Origin: an uncultured Nitrososphaerales archaeon
GTDB lineage: Archaea > Thermoproteota > Nitrososphaeria > Nitrososphaerales > Nitrososphaeraceae
Reading direction: 5' to 3'
Assembly: GCA_963713605.1 (NCBI GenBank)
Contig: CAVQMO010000010.1
Coordinates: 480,001-544,000, forward strand
DNA length: 64,000 bases
The notes under the pieces are model-generated. The model saw only the letters and a list, made by a program, of their open reading frames with translations. It was not told the DNA's origin and did no database searches. Both the position numbers and the translations under genes were made by a program. Each line of letters opens with the position of its first letter. Position 1 is the first letter of the stretch. Positions 1-11,539 of this stretch are shown one piece after another.

Positions 1-431
1 TATCATGCTCATCCAAGTAATGAACTGCCTCCAGGAATTGCATCAGTTAACTATAACGTTAGGTAACATGTATGCAGCACTTCCCGCCTATTCAGGACTT
101 TCTTTGCAAGACTACCTTAGTGATGATCATTCCTTGGACTCGAATCGAGGCCAACAAGCAGGCAGCGTTGGAATGAGTCCAGATCATGAACCTGTAGTAT
201 AGCAGCCATGTATGATACGGCTGGAATAAGGCCTGAGGAAGATGCTAAAAGTCAAACACATTTCAATTTTTATCAAGCGACTATTAATAGGTACCAAATA
301 ACAGGATAAGATCGTGAAGGATGGATACAGATGGATAGTTGCTTTTCATTTTAGAAAGCATTTTAGAACATTTTGAACTATCCTGACATCATTGACTAGC
401 TTAGGGGTGTACTGACATGTCTAAGATAGTT

Positions 432-855
432 CAAACATATCCTTCCCTTGCCTTAGACCAGTTTATTTTGTAATCGTCATCTCGTATTTTATGGAAAAAC
501 TGCGCGCAACTGCAGAGACATGCAGATTGATAGAACTATGAGACAACTTACGGATATCCCTTAGGTAAAGGACATAATCAGTTACCATTTGCTTTGTCAG
601 TTTAGGACTATACTCTCGCAGTGGTTCAATGTCGTTAATTTTGTAGTGTGTTAAAAATTCGTTGATGTGATACGAATACGTCCGCTTAGTCTGATTCGAT
701 AGGCTACCTGTCGTTACCTTATATCGATAGTAGATGATCGGAGTAGGAGATGTGGGTTCAGTTGAAGGTTGCTGTTGTTGTTGCTTCTGCTCTAGATTCT
801 CTTCGTCCACCACAGGTTTATCATAAGGAATCCAGTTATTATAGATAGTATTCAT
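432..855 (-). pseudogene. Tyrosine integrase N-terminal (SAM-like) fragment, frameshifted and truncated
   Basis: TKRTYSYHINEFL...VTDYVLYLRDIRKLSHSSINLHVSAV pattern; continues in another frame as DDYKINWSKA and then stops; no catalytic domain. Confidence 0.7.
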
Positions 856-1215
856 TAGTTATAATTTGGTGTCCAACGAATCTCTAACATGTTCATAATT
901 CTATCTAGTCTCTTTTGAAAAATCTATTTCAGTTTTTGAGCTCGAATAGAAGAATTCATAGCTAATTAGTAAATTAACAATGTATTAGACTAGAAAGATA
1001 TACCTAGTTTGCCTTATTGGATAACAACTAGTTATCAAATCACTATGTTTCATATGCGGTAATTTCAGACAATGATATCAACTCCAAACTTCGGCCATTT
1101 GTCACAATCTACAAATAAGCAAGATGAATGCAATGGTTTATTTTCGCCCTAACCTATCTGGGTATTAACGAATACCGAATCAGAATTCATAAAAAAGAAG
1201 CTGAACCTTGTAGAA

Positions 1216-1692
1216 TTGCCTGGCGAAGGTGGATTTTATAGGGAAACTTACAGATCTAAATTTTCCACCACTTACACATCTCGAAAAAACAAAATTAAAG
1301 TATCACAAGATTATACGCGCTCTACGGTGACTTTGATCTACTACTTGTTAGATGGAAAGGGTCACTTCTCTGCCTTCCATAAGCTTAAATCAGACGAAAT
1401 TTGGCACTATTATAGGGGAAGCCCAGTAACGATCTATGTCATTGACAACAAAGGTCATTTGACACGAATTAGGCTTGGAAATGATATCAGTCAGGGAGAG
1501 CATTGCCACGCCATCATCAGAGCCGGTTTGTGGTTCGGAGCCAGGGTTGATGATATTACCTCGTTCGCGCTTATTGGATGTACGGTTACTCCAGGCTTTG
1601 ACTACAAGGATTTTGAGCTAGGTACAAGAAGTAAATTGATTCGGATGTTCCCAAAGCATAAAGCAACAATATTGAGTTTGACTCACGAATAA
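1216..1692 (+). CDS. Cupin domain protein (DUF985/Cupin_5-like)
   Basis: PGEGGFYRETYRS, SAFHKLKSDEIWHYYRG, GCTVTPGFDYKDF motifs; the frame stays open upstream to 1153, so the start is uncertain. Confidence 0.9.
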   Translation: MPGEGGFYRETYRSKFSTTYTSRKNKIKVSQDYTRSTVTLIYYLLDGKGHFSAFHKLKSDEIWHYYRGSPVTIYVIDNKGHLTRIRLGNDISQGEHCHAIIRAGLWFGARVDDITSFALIGCTVTPGFDYKDFELGTRSKLIRMFPKHKATILSLTHE

Positions 1693-1795
1693 TTCCTCGA
1701 ACAACTTTGGGGGGAGTAATGGTTAGGCATTCTATGAAGCCACAACAATTTAAGATCGATATTGCAATTATAAGAAGTATGTTGAGTAAAAAAAT

Positions 1796-2128
1796 ATGGT
1801 TAGACTGGTCCGGACAGATAGGGAAAAAGGACTTCTCATGTTAGAAGTGCGAAAGAGCGAAATTGAAGACATTTTGAGTTCAATCGACGAGATGACTGAA
1901 CTGCAACAAATATTCCTCCTAGTGAATCTTCCCGCTACTGAGGAGGATAGAAGAAGGGTCGATAGATTTAAGCACCTAAGAGAAGATTTTCGGAAATTGT
2001 TGAAGCCCATAACTTGGGTAATACGACGATGTACTTCTTTCAGCGGCAATTTCTTGGTCAAATGCATCTTAAAGATGCAAAAAGGGATAATGGATCATGA
2101 AATAAGGTTAGTTCCTAAAATATCTTAG
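1796..2128 (+). CDS. Hypothetical protein (C-terminus possibly frameshifted)
   Basis: ATG ORF with protein-like helical N-terminal two thirds. Confidence 0.5.
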   Translation: MVRLVRTDREKGLLMLEVRKSEIEDILSSIDEMTELQQIFLLVNLPATEEDRRRVDRFKHLREDFRKLLKPITWVIRRCTSFSGNFLVKCILKMQKGIMDHEIRLVPKIS

Positions 2129-2464
2129 GATTGTGCATCGTAGCACCAATAATATAATATCGACGATGAAGCAGATACAGGTATAACCTAAGTCTGGGCG
2201 CTTTTTCACATGCTAAGTGGTAGCTAGTATGATTTACTCTCTAAATTCATGGTTCAGCGGCCGAGTATTGTTTTTGGAGAGCCAACTATTTTCGTAGTTT
2301 ATGAGTTAGGGGGACCAGCCACCCTAGATGCGTATTCTTGATATGCCTAAGAGCACGTTGTCATTGAGGTTGATTTACCTGTCCTATTTTAAGACCATGC
2401 AACTCGGCTGCAGTCAATGCAAGATATTTACGGTGATAAATGGTGGTGCATTGGCGACTAGCTA

Positions 2465-2683
2465 TTATTGTATTGTACGTTTCATACGTAATTTTTCCTT
2501 ACCCTTTCTATTGTTAGGTGACGTTCTGAGAGGGCACTTACAGCATGGACAGATATATCCCTCATGAAATAAATACACTTCACATCTACGGCAATATTTT
2601 ATCCCAAGACTATAACTTCCAATACTTGAACCCATTCTTGTACATATGTTGCGACAAGGCAAATGAAACATAATAAAGAACAA
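2465..2683 (-). CDS. Small Cys-rich Zn-finger-like protein
   Basis: CRNIC...YCRRCEVYL...CPCCKCPLRTSP. Confidence 0.7.
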   Translation of the reverse strand: MFFIMFHLPCRNICTRMGSSIGSYSLGIKYCRRCEVYLFHEGYICPCCKCPLRTSPNNRKGKEKLRMKRTIQ

Positions 2684-2914
2684 TTTGAATATCCTAAAAG
2701 TATTGTAATACCTCGCTGTGAGGGGGAGTATCCCCTCCTATTACCGTTGATTATCCATTAAGAATACATGAACTTGTGTCTGAGTTAGATGTGGGCTGTC
2801 TAAATAATAATATGGAAGATCTCCATTATTATATTTGAATTAAGATTAACTGCAAATTAACATCTCAAATAACTAGAAACAATCGAAAACAAGATCCACG
2901 TATGGTTATAAGCC

Positions 2915-3592
2915 TCATTTCTTATCGTCTTGAGGAATACTTCTCAACTTAGTCTTGTGCCTTTGCCATAGAACGAGGACAAGGATAGTTGAGACTACAA
3001 TGACAATTGAAGGTACTAGAATATAACCCATCATATCAGAGGCACCCCATAAGCCAAAAAAAGTGGACTTCACTTCAATTGGGAAAGTGAAGGAAACTTG
3101 ACGACCGGTAAAATAAATATCAAAGACGTCTACAAAGAGACTGTAGATACCGGGTTTTTCGAATTTGTACTGGTAAGTATAATGCCCGTATGGAACAGCT
3201 ATGGGTCGATTCAAACCCGACAATGTACTTCCATCATCTTTGATTGTTATATCCACCGGAATTCCACTTATGTCATCGCCGTTGACGGCGGCTATGGCTA
3301 TAAGAATCTTAACAGTTGTACCCGTTTGTGGCTGCGGGGAATCGGTTTTTACACTGACGTCATAATTTCCTATTCTTTGTTGTAAACCACCTACCGGCAT
3401 ATCTGCATGTGAATCAGCAGGTGTGAACAAAAGAACCAGTAATCCAAATACAATTCCTACCATGCAAGTCTTCGCAAGCTTCTCATGGAAATGAATATGG
3501 TAATTATAGTGATGAGAGTTGAGCCAAGTCCCGACTCGTAAAGAAAGGCATATAGTCATAAAATCCTCAATAAGATCCTTAAAATTCCACAT
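2915..3592 (-). CDS. Secreted, C-terminally membrane-anchored protein (Ig/YtkA-like beta domain); true start probably near 3463
   Basis: Signal-like MVGIVFGLLVLLFTPADSHA, YQYKFEKPGIYSL motif, C-terminal TM helix followed by basic tail. Confidence 0.7.
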   Translation of the reverse strand: MWNFKDLIEDFMTICLSLRVGTWLNSHHYNYHIHFHEKLAKTCMVGIVFGLLVLLFTPADSHADMPVGGLQQRIGNYDVSVKTDSPQPQTGTTVKILIAIAAVNGDDISGIPVDITIKDDGSTLSGLNRPIAVPYGHYTYQYKFEKPGIYSLFVDVFDIYFTGRQVSFTFPIEVKSTFFGLWGASDMMGYILVPSIVIVVSTILVLVLWQRHKTKLRSIPQDDKK

Positions 3593-4066
3593 AAGACTTA
3601 CAATAATTATTCCTTAAACCATATATTTTTCTTGTCCCTAAGCAAGCCTTTAGCAAAAAAGCACCTCGACAAAAAAATAAGACTACAGATACTATCCACA
3701 TTCACCATATTAGATCAACTACGAAAGGTCGCTGATTGACAATGTAGCGTCATTTTCGATTATATCAGTTGATCTTGGCTGTAGCAGTTCTCTAATCGGT
3801 GTGAAAAATTGGTAGCAAGCTTGCCACTTGCCACTGAATGAAGTTCAATAACAATAATTATCCAACAACTTTGGATGTTAGGCAACTGAATATACTTGAG
3901 ATCTTGAATTGGTTTCGGATCAAATCGCGAATCGAGATCTTTCGTATGTTCGTCAGATAAGATCAAAAAATGTTCGTGTAATGGGGAACTGTGAAAATGA
4001 CACTTCATATCCTCTATAACTAATCAAACTAACCCAATTATACTATATCATTGCTCCAAAAGGATC

Positions 4067-4411
4067 ATGGCCATGATATTTTCCGGAAAAATGATAGCAA
4101 TAATCTTCGCATGTGTTTTTACAATTCAAGTTGGAGTTATGATGATGCCTTTGACAAATCTGAATACAGTCCAAGCTGAAGACAAGAGTACCAGTATTTC
4201 ATGCGACGGTGTTGGAATGTGTGAGAAAACTGAATGTGTCGATGGGATGTGTAATTCCAGTCCGACAAATTCTTCAAAAATCGTCGATAGCCCATCATCA
4301 CCGTTGTCAAGAGCAGACGATGGAGATTCTCAGAGTGCGGACAACACAACTAGCACATCTTTAACACCTCTTGATCAACGAATGAGTCTACGCGAAGGTT
4401 TGAAGAGATAG
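4067..4411 (+). CDS. Small secreted Cys-containing protein
   Basis: Signal peptide ending VQA; SCDGVGMCEKTECVDGMC followed by S/T-rich tail. Confidence 0.7.
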   Translation: MAMIFSGKMIAIIFACVFTIQVGVMMMPLTNLNTVQAEDKSTSISCDGVGMCEKTECVDGMCNSSPTNSSKIVDSPSSPLSRADDGDSQSADNTTSTSLTPLDQRMSLREGLKR

Positions 4412-4675
4412 GGAGGTTTCTCTTCGCTAGTTTTTATGCTTAATTACAAGCCAACAAAGCAAATCAAAAGGGTGAAAAATAAAATGTGATGTGTATTCCG
4501 TAACTCTCTCTCATTTACTCAATGTATAATCATAGGACCTATTCTAACAAACAATTTCGTGCAATGGCTGTGATGGAATAGAAATACATATTGCTTTTCC
4601 AAAACAAGAGATGTTAAGAGATTGACTAATTGACAATAGCTGGCACTGTAAATTCCATTTAGATGCCCTCCACAA

Positions 4676-5690
4676 TTAGTTGCCTTCTAAAACATAATTG
4701 ACAAGAGAATCAAGATTAGCAGTAGCAAGGCAGCAAACCCTGTCTGCACCTCCATAGTAGAGGAATAACTTTCCGTCTATGACACACGCGCCAGAAGGGA
4801 ATACTACGTTATTAACATCACCACTTGTCTCGTATTCTTTCTCTGGTTCTAGGATAGGATGTTTACATCGTCCTAGTATTCTATTGGGCTCATTCAAATC
4901 GAGGACGGTCTGCTCCTGCCCTATAGACCTTAGATTTACTTACGCCGTGGTATATTACTAACCAACCTCGCTTAGTTCTAATGGGGGGTGGACCAGCTCC
5001 AACTTTTGCAGCTTCCCAATCTTGTTCGGGCTTTAAAAGTATTGAATACCTCTGGAAATTTGTTAGGTTGAAACTCTCAGCGAGCCATATACTTGGTTTG
5101 TCCACACCATATGACTCTCCGATCCAGGAACTGGGCCTATGCAGGGAAAAATAACACTTTCCATATTGTCGCTTTGATGATTTTAAATCCGTCGATGTGG
5201 GAGCCATCTTTGATGAAAAATAAACAACATCCTTATCGTCATGCGATCTAGACGTTATGAGTCCCAGTCGTTTAAATTCACGGTAGTCTTCCGTTGTTGC
5301 CAGTGCTGTAGAAACGGTTGGAAATTCCCTAATATAGTTCGAAGGAACTACGTAGGTAAAGTAAGCTCTAGATTCCAGTTCGAACAGACGAGGATCTTCT
5401 ATGCCATATCTTTCATATGCCTCGACCGGTTCGGTAGCCATACCATTATTTCTTGTAAATTTAAAGCCATCATTGCTGGAAGCATACCCTATCCTTGAAA
5501 TGTAATCCTTGTACTCTCCGACTGCACGATAAAGCAAATGGACCTTGTCACCGTCGTATAATGAGGCACAGTTAAACACTGATTTTGATTCCCACCAATT
5601 CTTTTCGTTGGGTGCTAGAATGGGGTTGTCATAATATCTTTCAAGGATTGTGTCTGCCGAGCCCACAGTGTACTCGTTCATAAGCTCCAC
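4676..5690 (-). CDS. GH130-family glycosidase/phosphorylase (DUF377), split by a +1 frameshift near 4910
   Basis: NPIL, HLLYRA, GIEDPR, KVGAGPPPIRTKRGWLVIYHG, then PILEPE..YE..GDVNNVVFP..LYYGGAD in the second frame. Confidence 0.9.
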
Positions 5691-5926
5691 GTCAGTAATT
5701 TATAATGTTATACCACCAAAGTGCGGGTCCTTTGATTTTAAGATTTGTCATGGTTGGATGTTACTGTGTAACATGCCTAATCTTTCCTAAGGTGTAAGAT
5801 GTCAACAGATGTGCTCCAATCAATTAATTCTATAGTAAGATTGTATACTATTTTTTATCTATACAACAGATCACAAACACGTAATAACACAATAGAATTA
5901 GGTCACTTTGTAGCAACAGAAAAAAT

Positions 5927-6571
5927 ATGATTCCCCCATATCCATATGCTAGTCAGGAATTGGCGGTTGTTAGTGAACAAGATAATATCATAGGTTCTGC
6001 CTTACCTGACATCGTCTATTCTCGGGGTTTAATCCATAGGTTTGCTTCAGTCTTCATACTTGATGGTCACAATCGACTATTATTGCAAAAACGAGCCTCT
6101 CACAAAAGAAGACACGGTGGTCTTTTTTCTGAATCAGTCAGCGCTCAAGTAGAGTTTAACGAGAGTTATCTCCAGGCAGCGACTCGACGTATTCAAGAAG
6201 AGCTGGGACTTATAAGCCACTCCGACCCGCTCTTAGAGATTTGTAAGATGTACATGGACGTAAAGGAGGAACACGATGATAATTGTGATAGCTACGCGTA
6301 TCTTAATAATGGCGGATATGGTCGAAGTAGCATCGGCAATCGCTGGAAAAAGACTGCATTTGTTACAATCTACAAGTTATACTTGCGTGATCATGAAACA
6401 ATAAAGCATATCTCAATCAATCCTTCGGAGATATCTAACATATACATATTAGAGTTGGACCGCGTAACAGAATTTTATGATGCTAGCCCGGGTCTCTTCG
6501 TACCCGGCTTCGGATTCACGTTAAAGGCATTCCTAGATAACGGGACATCCACAGATCAAATTCGCAGATAG
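5927..6571 (+). CDS. NUDIX hydrolase, IPP-isomerase type 1-like
   Basis: GLIHRFASVFILD..RLLLQKRA..K, ESYLQAATRRIQEELG. Confidence 0.8.
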   Translation: MIPPYPYASQELAVVSEQDNIIGSALPDIVYSRGLIHRFASVFILDGHNRLLLQKRASHKRRHGGLFSESVSAQVEFNESYLQAATRRIQEELGLISHSDPLLEICKMYMDVKEEHDDNCDSYAYLNNGGYGRSSIGNRWKKTAFVTIYKLYLRDHETIKHISINPSEISNIYILELDRVTEFYDASPGLFVPGFGFTLKAFLDNGTSTDQIRR

Positions 6572-6782
6572 GTAACGGGTCAGTTCTTATAGTATTCATC
6601 AAATTCGGAATGCCACGCTGGTTGACCTGAATATAGTCTCCTCATAGTTAGTATTTAGCCAATGACCAAAGCATAATATAGACCGATATGAGAGGAGATT
6701 CCAATGTCACATGTTCACTTGCTAAGATATAATAAATGCGACAATGAGCAGCTGTGGTGTCCGAGTACATGGTCTGATTGAA

Positions 6783-8190
6783 ATGAAAGTGAGAACCATA
6801 AATCCGGCGACGGAAGAAATTCTTAGAGAATACGATATACCCGCTGAAGAACACATTCTGCGAATGACGAAGAAGGCTGAAGAAGCATTCAAAACAGAAT
6901 GGAGATTAGTAGGGAACAATAACGGGCACAGGAGAGCCGATTACATGTATGACTTTGCCACCCAATTAAGGAAGGAAAAGGAAAAACTCGCTACTATAGC
7001 TACCAATGAAATGGGTAAAGCGATTAAGGAGTCTAGGTCAGAGGTAGAAAAATGTGCTTGGGCGATAGAATATTTCGCAGATCATGGGGATATATTTACA
7101 ACGGATGAGGTTATTAATACAGATGCTAGGAAGAGTCTTTGTTACTTTTGAACCCTTGGGCGTTATCGCAAGCATTATGCCATGGAACTTTCCATACTGG
7201 CAGGCGCTGAGATTCGCAGCTCCCTCTCTTATGTCTGGCAATACGATTGTACTTAAGCCAGCAAGTGCCACGATGCAATGCGGAATAGAAATTGAGAGAA
7301 TTTTTAATGAAGTCGGATTGCCAAAGGGAGTATTTCAGACGGCAGTAGGCGATTCCAGGGTTGCAGAATACTTGATCGAGTCCGAGAGTACAAACGCCGT
7401 TACCTTCACAGGGAGTGTTCCTGTGGGTTCCAAAGTGGCACAAAGGGCTACAGCCCACCTGAAGAAGACAGTTCTGGAACTAGGAGGTAGTGACCCATTC
7501 ATAGTGTGTGAAGACGCTGACATAGAAAAAGCCTCTACTGGGGCAGTAAAGGGTCGCTTTATCAATTGTGGACAGAGTTGTATCGCCTCAAAGCGATTCA
7601 TAGTCGTCGATAAGGTTGCAGATGAGTTCGTCGAGATGTTTGTACAAAAAACAGAAAAACTAAGAGTTGGAGATCCATTGTCTGAGGATACAGATGTAGG
7701 ACCACTGGTTAATCCTTCAGGTCTAGAAGTCATAGAGGGAATGGTCAAGCGGGCCATCCGTCAAGGAGCAGAGTTGCTTGCCGGCGGAAAGAGATTGAAA
7801 AGTAAGGGGTATTATTACAGTCCAACAGTGCTTGGGAAAATACATCATGATATGGAAATCGCTCAGGAGGAATCCTTCGGGCCTGTCGCACCGATACTGA
7901 TTGCTGAAGACGAAAAAGCCGCTATTAAAATTGCAAATGATTCCAAATTTGGTCTTGGAGCAAGTATATGGACACAAAACTTGGATAAGGCTGAACGACT
8001 ATCTAGAATGGTAGAATCAGGGATCGTGACTGTTAACAATGTGGTGCTCTCTGATCCAAGGGTTCCATTTGGTGGGATTAAGAATAGTGGATTTGGACGT
8101 GAGCTATCAAAATATGGTATGCTTGAATTCGTAAATATAAAATCTGTGAGGTTCTACGACCAGCTTGCAAAGACTCATCATGTAGAATGA
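6783..8190 (+). CDS. NAD(P)-dependent aldehyde dehydrogenase (succinate-semialdehyde DH-like), +1 frameshift near 7138
   Basis: TINPAT, EMGK, PWNFP, FTGS, LELGGSDP, GQSC, EESFGP, PFGGIKNSGFGRE. Confidence 0.95.
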
Positions 8191-8567
8191 TAATTTTAAC
8201 TGTCTACAGGTCCGGATATCATTTGGAATACGCGTAGACCAAAACATCAACAATAAGTTTTTCCCTCCTATTTCCTCTTCAGGTTGAGGGTAATGAAAAG
8301 AGCAGTCACAGACTTTAGCATCGAGATATTCCACGTGATACTGATAGACTTAATGCAAACTAGTTTATTAGAAGTAAAACCAACTACTAAAAGATCTCCA
8401 CAACAAAGTGCGCTAAACATTACAGAAAAGTCCAACAATAATCATGAGTTAGATGCCTTACGAAATGGAAAGCGCGTGAACGAACAACGCAATAGCCTCT
8501 CTCATTCTAAGGAAATACAACAAGGTTTATCAGACTTGTGATTTAGAAATAGCTTTAGAAACAGGCG

Positions 8568-9011
8568 TTGAGTATCGATGAAATAGACTCCAAGATTTTG
8601 AAAAGAGTCCTGGTTGATGCAAGGCTTTCGTACAGGAAGATCGCCGAACAAATAGGAGTTTCAGCTCCGACTGTCCTTTCCAGGATAAACAAACTTCAGT
8701 ATCAACGAATAATAAAAGCTTACTCCGCAATTGTAGATCATGAAAAATTGGGCTACGATTTGACGGCGATAATAGAGGTAACTGCTCAGAAGGGAAAGAT
8801 CGTAGAAGTTGAGCGTGCGATGTCTAAATTTCCTAATGTATGTGCTGTTTATGACATAACAGGACTAACTGACATGGTAATTATAGCCAAATTCCGAAAC
8901 CGTAGAGAACTAAGCAACTTTGTCAAGAGAGATCTTGCTCTTCCTTCGATTGAAAGAACAAATAGTCACATGGTCCTCGTTACTGTGAAAGAGAATTTCA
9001 GTTTTTTCTAA
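8568..9011 (+). CDS. Lrp/AsnC family transcriptional regulator
   Basis: IDEIDSKIL..L..DARLSYRKIAEQIGVS HTH; YDITGLTD RAM domain. Confidence 0.95.
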   Translation: MSIDEIDSKILKRVLVDARLSYRKIAEQIGVSAPTVLSRINKLQYQRIIKAYSAIVDHEKLGYDLTAIIEVTAQKGKIVEVERAMSKFPNVCAVYDITGLTDMVIIAKFRNRRELSNFVKRDLALPSIERTNSHMVLVTVKENFSFF

Positions 9012-9388
9012 TTGAATAGAATCTGTTGCTAACACCGACTTGGAAGTAGTTTTCCGGCTCAAATAGGATTTGAATTTCGCGAAATCTGTCATGTACTATC
9101 TAGGTTTGTTTTGTAGAAAGAAATTTTAGTTTGTCAATCTAAGTCATATGTATTGAATCTATTGGTTATGTTCATAAGATGACCGGCATTTGAACGTTAG
9201 AAAGAAAGAATAACTGACAATTGAAATCCTCGAATCACCCTTTCCTTTCTGGCCACACCTCTCAATTATTGCGTTAATGAAGTCTCCTTCTTCAAACTGC
9301 GAACTTAGAAAATCACTTTGAGCTATTGAAATCGCAAATAGCGATAGCATCCAAAGAATAAAATTGAAAGGTGAGTAATAGAGCTCAG

Positions 9389-9506
9389 GCCGGGTACCCG
9401 AGCTAGGTAAGTCGTCGACCCTAAAAGGGGTCAGCCTCGAGATCTAAGGCTTACGTGTAAGCTGATGTCCGTCAAGGACTCGTGGGTTCGAGTCCCACTC
9501 CCGGCG
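9389..9506 (+). tRNA. tRNA-Ser(CGA) with two introns: 9410-9425 (position 21/22) and 9442-9459 (position 37/38)
   Basis: Acceptor GCCGGG/TCCCGGC with G73; anticodon stem TCAGC/GCTGA with CGA at 9438-9440; long variable arm GTCC/GGAC; T-arm GTGGG-TTCGAGT-CCCAC; BHB motif in the D-loop. The 5' acceptor strand is one base short. Confidence 0.9.
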
Positions 9507-9699
9507 CTACAGTCGTGGGTTGATACCGAAAATAAGAAAGAAACCAAAACAATTATTGCTGGGTTCAGTCCAATGGAGGTTAACTAGATTAGTGAGAGGT
9601 GATCTAAAGACCGTAGAGTCAAACCCATGCCCTCCTGACATCGGTACAAAATCTAGAGATGTCGAGACCTGCAGTCTGATATCTATAGTACAATACCAG

Positions 9700-10340
9700 T
9701 CAAACTATATCGCAACAGAATGAATATTCTTTTGTTAAAAAAATGGGGTTCCGAAGGTGTTGGCTTTGGTAAATTCGCACAACTATTAGCAATAGCAATA
9801 GATTATAATGATGATGTATATGTTACAGATACCACTAGTGTCTCCAACCAGATCCAGAAGTTTACCAACAACGGCACATTTATCACTTCATGGGATGTTT
9901 TAGGCATTAGAGATGGGGCTTTTACTAATGCTAGGGGAATAGGTGTAGATTCATCTAATGATGTGTATATTACAGGCGGTGGGAGCCCTAACCCTGCAGT
10001 TCAGAAGTTTACCAACAATGGTACTTCTATTGCTTCATGGGGATCCACGGGCTTGGGTAATGGCCAATTTATATCTCCAGGTTGGATAACCGTGGATTCT
10101 GGTGATAACGTATATGTTGGTGATTTCGGAGAAAATTACCGTATACAAAAGTTTGACAGCAATGGTACTTTTATATCGAAATAGGGAACACCAGGCACTG
10201 GTGACGGAGAATTCAATAGCCCTGCTGGTTTAGGAGCAGATTCTTCAGGAAATATATTAGTTGTTGATGAGGGTAACAATCGTATACAAAAGATCGTGGG
10301 AATAGCCGAATACAGGTATTTGCTCCCCAATGAATCATAA
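9700..10340 (+). pseudogene. NHL-repeat (6-bladed beta-propeller) protein with N-terminal frameshift and in-frame TAG at 10182-10184
   Basis: Repeats of KWG..G.G.GQF..P.GI.VDS..NVYV.D..N.RIQKF; the repeat continues in frame past the TAG (SK*GTPGTGDGEFNSPAGL). Confidence 0.85.
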
Positions 10341-10513
10341 AATTGTTTCAGCTTAAAAAATGAAAAATATATTATAGATACATTTTGAAGAAAGGCAAAA
10401 AGAAAAGATATAGCACCAAATATTAATCGCGTATCTATGGATCCATAAACCCGTAAAATCACGACAATCACTCTCTCCCGGTGCCTATCGTAATCCATTG
10501 ATTATATCGCTAA

Positions 10514-11071
10514 TTGACAGTCATTGATTTCATGCGCAAACACAAACTGATAGAACTTCGAACGATTATAGATGAAAGAATCGGATCGCTAACCGAAGAG
10601 GTGGAAATAGCAACTAACGTGAAATTGAATCCACTTTACATAGCTGACCGGCGGGATGAAATTGAATTTTTACGTTGGACTGCAACTGTTATCAACTCAA
10701 TCTTAACTCGCGATATTGACCGAAAACAAGTACAACTTGGAACAACTAAAATGCGATTACAGTTGTCAGATATTATCGAATTTGAAAATATATTACATAA
10801 CAGAATTGAAGAGCTAAATTTGAAGCTTAAAGAATCGAATAATCTTAGGGAATCAGATATTCTAATAAATGAGATCGATACGCTCGAATCTGTTCAGGGT
10901 CGTTTGGCCGATTTAAAGTATGGTGATAAAGCACGTGCCATAGAGATAGCAGAAGCTAATAATGATTTTCGTCAGTCGATCAGGTTGCGAAAGCAGCTAA
11001 ATAAAATACAAGATCTTGAAGATGAAATTAGCGCTCAATGTTCAAATACTAAATTAAGATGGACATCTTAA
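10514..11071 (+). CDS. Hypothetical helical protein
   Basis: 185-aa ORF with coiled-coil-like composition and an internal EIE.L/EIDTL repeat. Confidence 0.7.
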   Translation: MTVIDFMRKHKLIELRTIIDERIGSLTEEVEIATNVKLNPLYIADRRDEIEFLRWTATVINSILTRDIDRKQVQLGTTKMRLQLSDIIEFENILHNRIEELNLKLKESNNLRESDILINEIDTLESVQGRLADLKYGDKARAIEIAEANNDFRQSIRLRKQLNKIQDLEDEISAQCSNTKLRWTS

Positions 11072-11108
11072 TTGACAAATATCTTATGAGAAGATGTATA
11101 TCTTTTCT

Positions 11109-11345
11109 CTAAATACACTTCAGCAAGAAACTGCAGCTTTCACACGTATACACTAACTTATCGAAGCTCGAGCACAATTCCATGATGTCATTACAGCGCG
11201 GGCATTGGATCTCCATGTCTAGCTCAGACAACACCGGCTCTTCTTTTCGCTCTGGTACGCTAGATTCTTGTAGTGTTTCGAGAACCTGATTTTCGGGCTC
11301 CTGTTTTGGGGGAACGAGTTTAATATGGTTTTGTCTTGGCAACAA
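11109..11345 (-). CDS. Small Zn-ribbon protein
   Basis: CPRC...CESC. Confidence 0.75.
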   Translation of the reverse strand: MLPRQNHIKLVPPKQEPENQVLETLQESSVPERKEEPVLSELDMEIQCPRCNDIMELCSSFDKLVYTCESCSFLLKCI

Positions 11346-11539
11346 TAATAGTAATCAAATATGACTAATATATCCAAGCTGACTTTGAGGGGACGGACGG
11401 GGGAGCTAGATGAATTACAGATCCCCCACTCCCCGTCTATGAGTTACTACAGAGAATATTAACAATAAGTCAAAATAAGTTAACATAAGACAGCTTGGCG
11501 TGAATTATAAAAAATGATCATGGAAATGCTAAACAAACA

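Noticed and set aside
7038..7977. Antisense ORFs inside ALDH, and likewise inside GH130, SDR, HK, moaA, tfb, DUF892 and the peptide genes
   Set aside because: Shadow ORFs opposite well-supported genes, with no motifs of their own
9480..9521. TCGTGGGTT repeated just after the tRNA as an att site
   Set aside because: Only 9 bp; no longer copy of the tRNA 3' end was spotted elsewhere in the window
10182..10184. In-frame TAG in the NHL gene as pyrrolysine or readthrough
   Set aside because: It falls at the conserved Trp (TGG>TAG) of the repeat, the gene has other lesions, and no pyl genes are in view; a simple nonsense change is more likely
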